Shown here one piece after another: positions 37,476 to 40,000 of a stretch of 40,000 nt of DNA. The DNA comes from Clostridium sp. MD294 (GTDB lineage Bacteria > Bacillota > Clostridia > Lachnospirales > Anaerotignaceae), in contig NZ_CP097810.1 in NCBI RefSeq assembly GCF_000364165.2, positions 1,574,130 to 1,614,129 of the forward strand, read 5' to 3'. Each line of letters starts with the position of its first letter. Position 1 is the first letter of the stretch. The position numbers and the translations under genes were made by a program. Under the pieces are notes generated by a model. That model was not told the origin of the DNA and did no database searches. It worked only from the letters and a program-made list of their open reading frames with translations.

Positions 37476-38888
37476 ATGGTTTTTAGTTCTGCCATATTTT
37501 TATATTGGTTTTTCCCTATTACATTTTTACTTTATTTTATAATACCGAATAAAAATTGCAGAAATATCATATTGACAGTAGCAAGTATTGTATTTTATGC
37601 TTTTGGACAACTGCAATATTTGCCATTGCTTTTATTTTCTGTTTTTTGTAATTATATTTTTGGTATATTGCTTTCAAAACAGTATGTCAGTGTTTCAAAA
37701 AGAAAAAATATTGTTACATTTGCTGTTATTGTGAATATTGGTATGCTTTGCATATTTAAGTATACAGATTTTTTCATTGAAAGTTTGAATACAATACTGC
37801 ATACCCATATTCCCACAACAGGTATACCTTTGCCTATAGGAATATCATTTTTCACATTTCAAGGGATTTCTTATGTGATAGATGTATATAGAAATCGTAC
37901 AGAGGGAACAAACAATTTTTTAAAAGTACTTTTGTATATTTCATTTTTTCCTCAGCTTATAGCAGGGCCTATTATAAAATATCATGATATTTCAAATGAA
38001 ATAGACAATAGAGTTTGTACATTAAAAAATACAGCAGAAGGACTAAGGCGTTTTACAATAGGTTTAGCAAAAAAATTGTTGCTTTCTAATACAGTGGGAT
38101 TAGTAGCAGACAGTGTTTTTCAGTTAAATACAGCACAAATTGATATGCCTTTAGCATGGCTAGGTGCAATTTGTTATGTATTTCAAATTTATTTTGATTT
38201 TAGTGGTTATAGTGATATGGCGATAGGCTTGGGTAAAGTATTTGGTTTTCATTTTAAAGAGAATTTCAATTATCCCTATACTGCCGATAGTATTAAAGAA
38301 TTTTGGAGGAGATGGCATATTTCTTTGTCCTCTTGGTTTAGAGATTATTTGTACATTCCTTTAGGAGGAAATCAGCTAGGAAGGTTTAGAACAGGTATTA
38401 ATAAATTGATAGTGTTTTTTGCAACAGGATTTTGGCATGGTGCAAATGTAACATTTATATTGTGGGGACTTTTTCATGGACTTTTTTCTGTGCTGGAGCA
38501 ATCAAATAGTATACCCATTCACAAAATGAAAGGAAAAGTAATAGGACATATTTATACTATGCTGATTGTAACAATAGGTTTTGTACTTTTTAGAAGTGAA
38601 AACTTATATCAAGCAGCTAGTATGATAACAAAAATGTTTATAATATCTTCTGTTACATTAGAAAGTACATTGCTTTTTAAACAACTGCTTTCTCATTATA
38701 CAGTATTTATATTGTTGATTTGTGTAGTAGCTTGTTTAGGCATTGTACCCAAATTGTATCAAAAAGGCATTGTAACAAAAAATGTTGTAGAATGTGGAAG
38801 TTATGTATTTGCTATGATACTTTTAGTGTGGAGTGTAATAGATTTGTCTGCATCTACATTTAATCCTTTTATTTATTTTCAATTTTAG
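37476..38888 (+). CDS. MBOAT-family membrane O-acyltransferase (AlgI/DltB/PatA-like)
   Basis: 470 aa, polytopic, with the FWRRWHISLSSWFRDYLYIPLGGN signature containing the conserved His. Confidence 0.9.
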   Translation: MVFSSAIFLYWFFPITFLLYFIIPNKNCRNIILTVASIVFYAFGQLQYLPLLLFSVFCNYIFGILLSKQYVSVSKRKNIVTFAVIVNIGMLCIFKYTDFFIESLNTILHTHIPTTGIPLPIGISFFTFQGISYVIDVYRNRTEGTNNFLKVLLYISFFPQLIAGPIIKYHDISNEIDNRVCTLKNTAEGLRRFTIGLAKKLLLSNTVGLVADSVFQLNTAQIDMPLAWLGAICYVFQIYFDFSGYSDMAIGLGKVFGFHFKENFNYPYTADSIKEFWRRWHISLSSWFRDYLYIPLGGNQLGRFRTGINKLIVFFATGFWHGANVTFILWGLFHGLFSVLEQSNSIPIHKMKGKVIGHIYTMLIVTIGFVLFRSENLYQAASMITKMFIISSVTLESTLLFKQLLSHYTVFILLICVVACLGIVPKLYQKGIVTKNVVECGSYVFAMILLVWSVIDLSASTFNPFIYFQF

Positions 38889-38899
38889 GTGTTGTAATT

Positions 38900-40000
38900 A
38901 TGAATAAAAATGGTTTATATAGTTTTTTTATAATATTTTTTATGACAATTTGTATATTTCTTTCAGTAGGAATGTTTTTTACAGAACAACCAAAAACGAG
39001 AGCAAATGAAATATTAACTCCTAAGCCCTTGCTAAAATTGCCAGAAGGTGGCATCAATAAAAATTATTTGCAAAATGTAACAGACTATGTAAGCGACCAT
39101 AGTGCTTTTAGAGCAGAGTTGATTACAGTGCATAATAGTATATTGTCAAAAGTATTTCATACTTCTGCATCAAAAGATGTTATATTAGGTAAAGAGGGTT
39201 GGCTGTATTATAAAGATACAGAGGACAATTATTTCAGAAAAAATGTTTTGTCTGATGCAGAAATAGAAATTATTGCAAACAATATCAATATGATGCAGCA
39301 ATATGTGGAAGCACAAGGAGCAAAGTTTTTATTTTTTATTGCACCAAATAAAAATAGTTTGTATGGGCAATATATGCCAGAATTAGGAGAAAAGTTTTCA
39401 GAACAAAGTAATGCTCAAAAATTGATGTTGGCATTACAAAAACAAAATATAAATTACATTGATTTTTTTGCTGTATTTGGTGAAAAAGAGGAAATATTGT
39501 ATCATAAATTAGACTCTCATTGGAATAACAAAGGTGCAGCATTGGCTAGAGATACTATATTAGAAGCATTAGAAATAGAACATGATGTAAAATGGTATTA
39601 TGAGCCGTATAGCATTGTAAAAAATCATAAAGGCGATTTATATGAAATGCTGTATCCTATGGGAAAAGAATTGGACAATAATGTTGTGTTTGAAAGGGAA
39701 TTTGTATTTGAAGCAGAAAATGAAATTCATTCCCCAGATGACATACAAATTGATACCATAAATGAAACAAAACAACATTCTTTGTTAATGTTTCGGGACT
39801 CTTTTGGCAATGCACTCTATCCTTTTATGGCAGATAGTTTTGGGCATAGCCGTTTTTCCAGAAAAGTGCCATACAATTTAACTGTAATGCAGCAAGTTAA
39901 TGCAGATGTAGTAATTGTAGAAATTGTGGAAAGAAATATTTCAAATTTGGCAAAATATGCCCCTATTTTTCCATCACCTGTATCACAACAATATATCACA
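38900..40000 (+). CDS. DHHW/AlgX-AlgJ-like SGNH-type acyltransferase partner (3' end beyond window)
   Basis: ATG at 38900, and I translated an uninterrupted frame to the window end. N-terminal TM anchor, LDSHWNNKGA motif and FRDSFG motif. It is absent from the ORF track because no stop lies in the window. Confidence 0.8.
   Translation, partial: MNKNGLYSFFIIFFMTICIFLSVGMFFTEQPKTRANEILTPKPLLKLPEGGINKNYLQNVTDYVSDHSAFRAELITVHNSILSKVFHTSASKDVILGKEGWLYYKDTEDNYFRKNVLSDAEIEIIANNINMMQQYVEAQGAKFLFFIAPNKNSLYGQYMPELGEKFSEQSNAQKLMLALQKQNINYIDFFAVFGEKEEILYHKLDSHWNNKGAALARDTILEALEIEHDVKWYYEPYSIVKNHKGDLYEMLYPMGKELDNNVVFEREFVFEAENEIHSPDDIQIDTINETKQHSLLMFRDSFGNALYPFMADSFGHSRFSRKVPYNLTVMQQVNADVVIVEIVERNISNLAKYAPIFPSPVSQQYIT

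Overview
This is an AT-rich, purine-skewed chromosomal window that looks like a low-GC, spore-forming Clostridia-type Firmicute; that is inferred from gene content (pdaA-like, hemZ, SLH domains) and has not been verified. Left arm (1-8.8 kb, all on the + strand): tpiA, gpmI, a DIP1984-family gene, eno, a PdaA-like cortex deacetylase, two tandem paralogous unknowns, and an MPN-like/TM/LysM protein. Centre (about 9.15-24.6 kb): a compact, tightly translationally coupled PBSX-like phage-derived cluster. It encodes a CI/LexA-type repressor, an Xpf/ArpU-like activator, terminase small and large subunits, portal, scaffold, capsid, connectors, sheath, tube and baseplate. I see no replication module, large integrase, tail fibre or lysis genes. 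The tail chaperone/tape-measure module is rearranged: there are two XkdN-like paralogs, and a very K/Q/E-rich protein sits in the tape-measure slot behind an A_AAA_AAG -1 frameshift site. A small serine recombinase follows at the position where tail-fibre genes would be expected. Then a Nudix CoA-pyrophosphatase-like gene, a XerD-like tyrosine recombinase and a TtcA-family gene lie on the - strand. The whole 9.1-28.25 kb block is bracketed by an inverted pair of ~195-nt multi-hairpin elements that are roughly 90% identical. Their differences fall mostly in loops or are wobble or compensatory changes in stems, so I read them as a candidate structured RNA or a BOX-like repeat. One hairpin resembles a hix/gix-type invertase crossover site. 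Right arm (28.5-40 kb, + strand): nagZ-like GH3 lipoprotein, relA, dtd, hemZ, hisS, an SLH/transglutaminase-like surface protein containing a 21-bp coding tandem repeat, and an MBOAT + DHHW/AlgX-like O-acyltransferase pair. I recognised no rRNA, tRNA or CRISPR array by eye.
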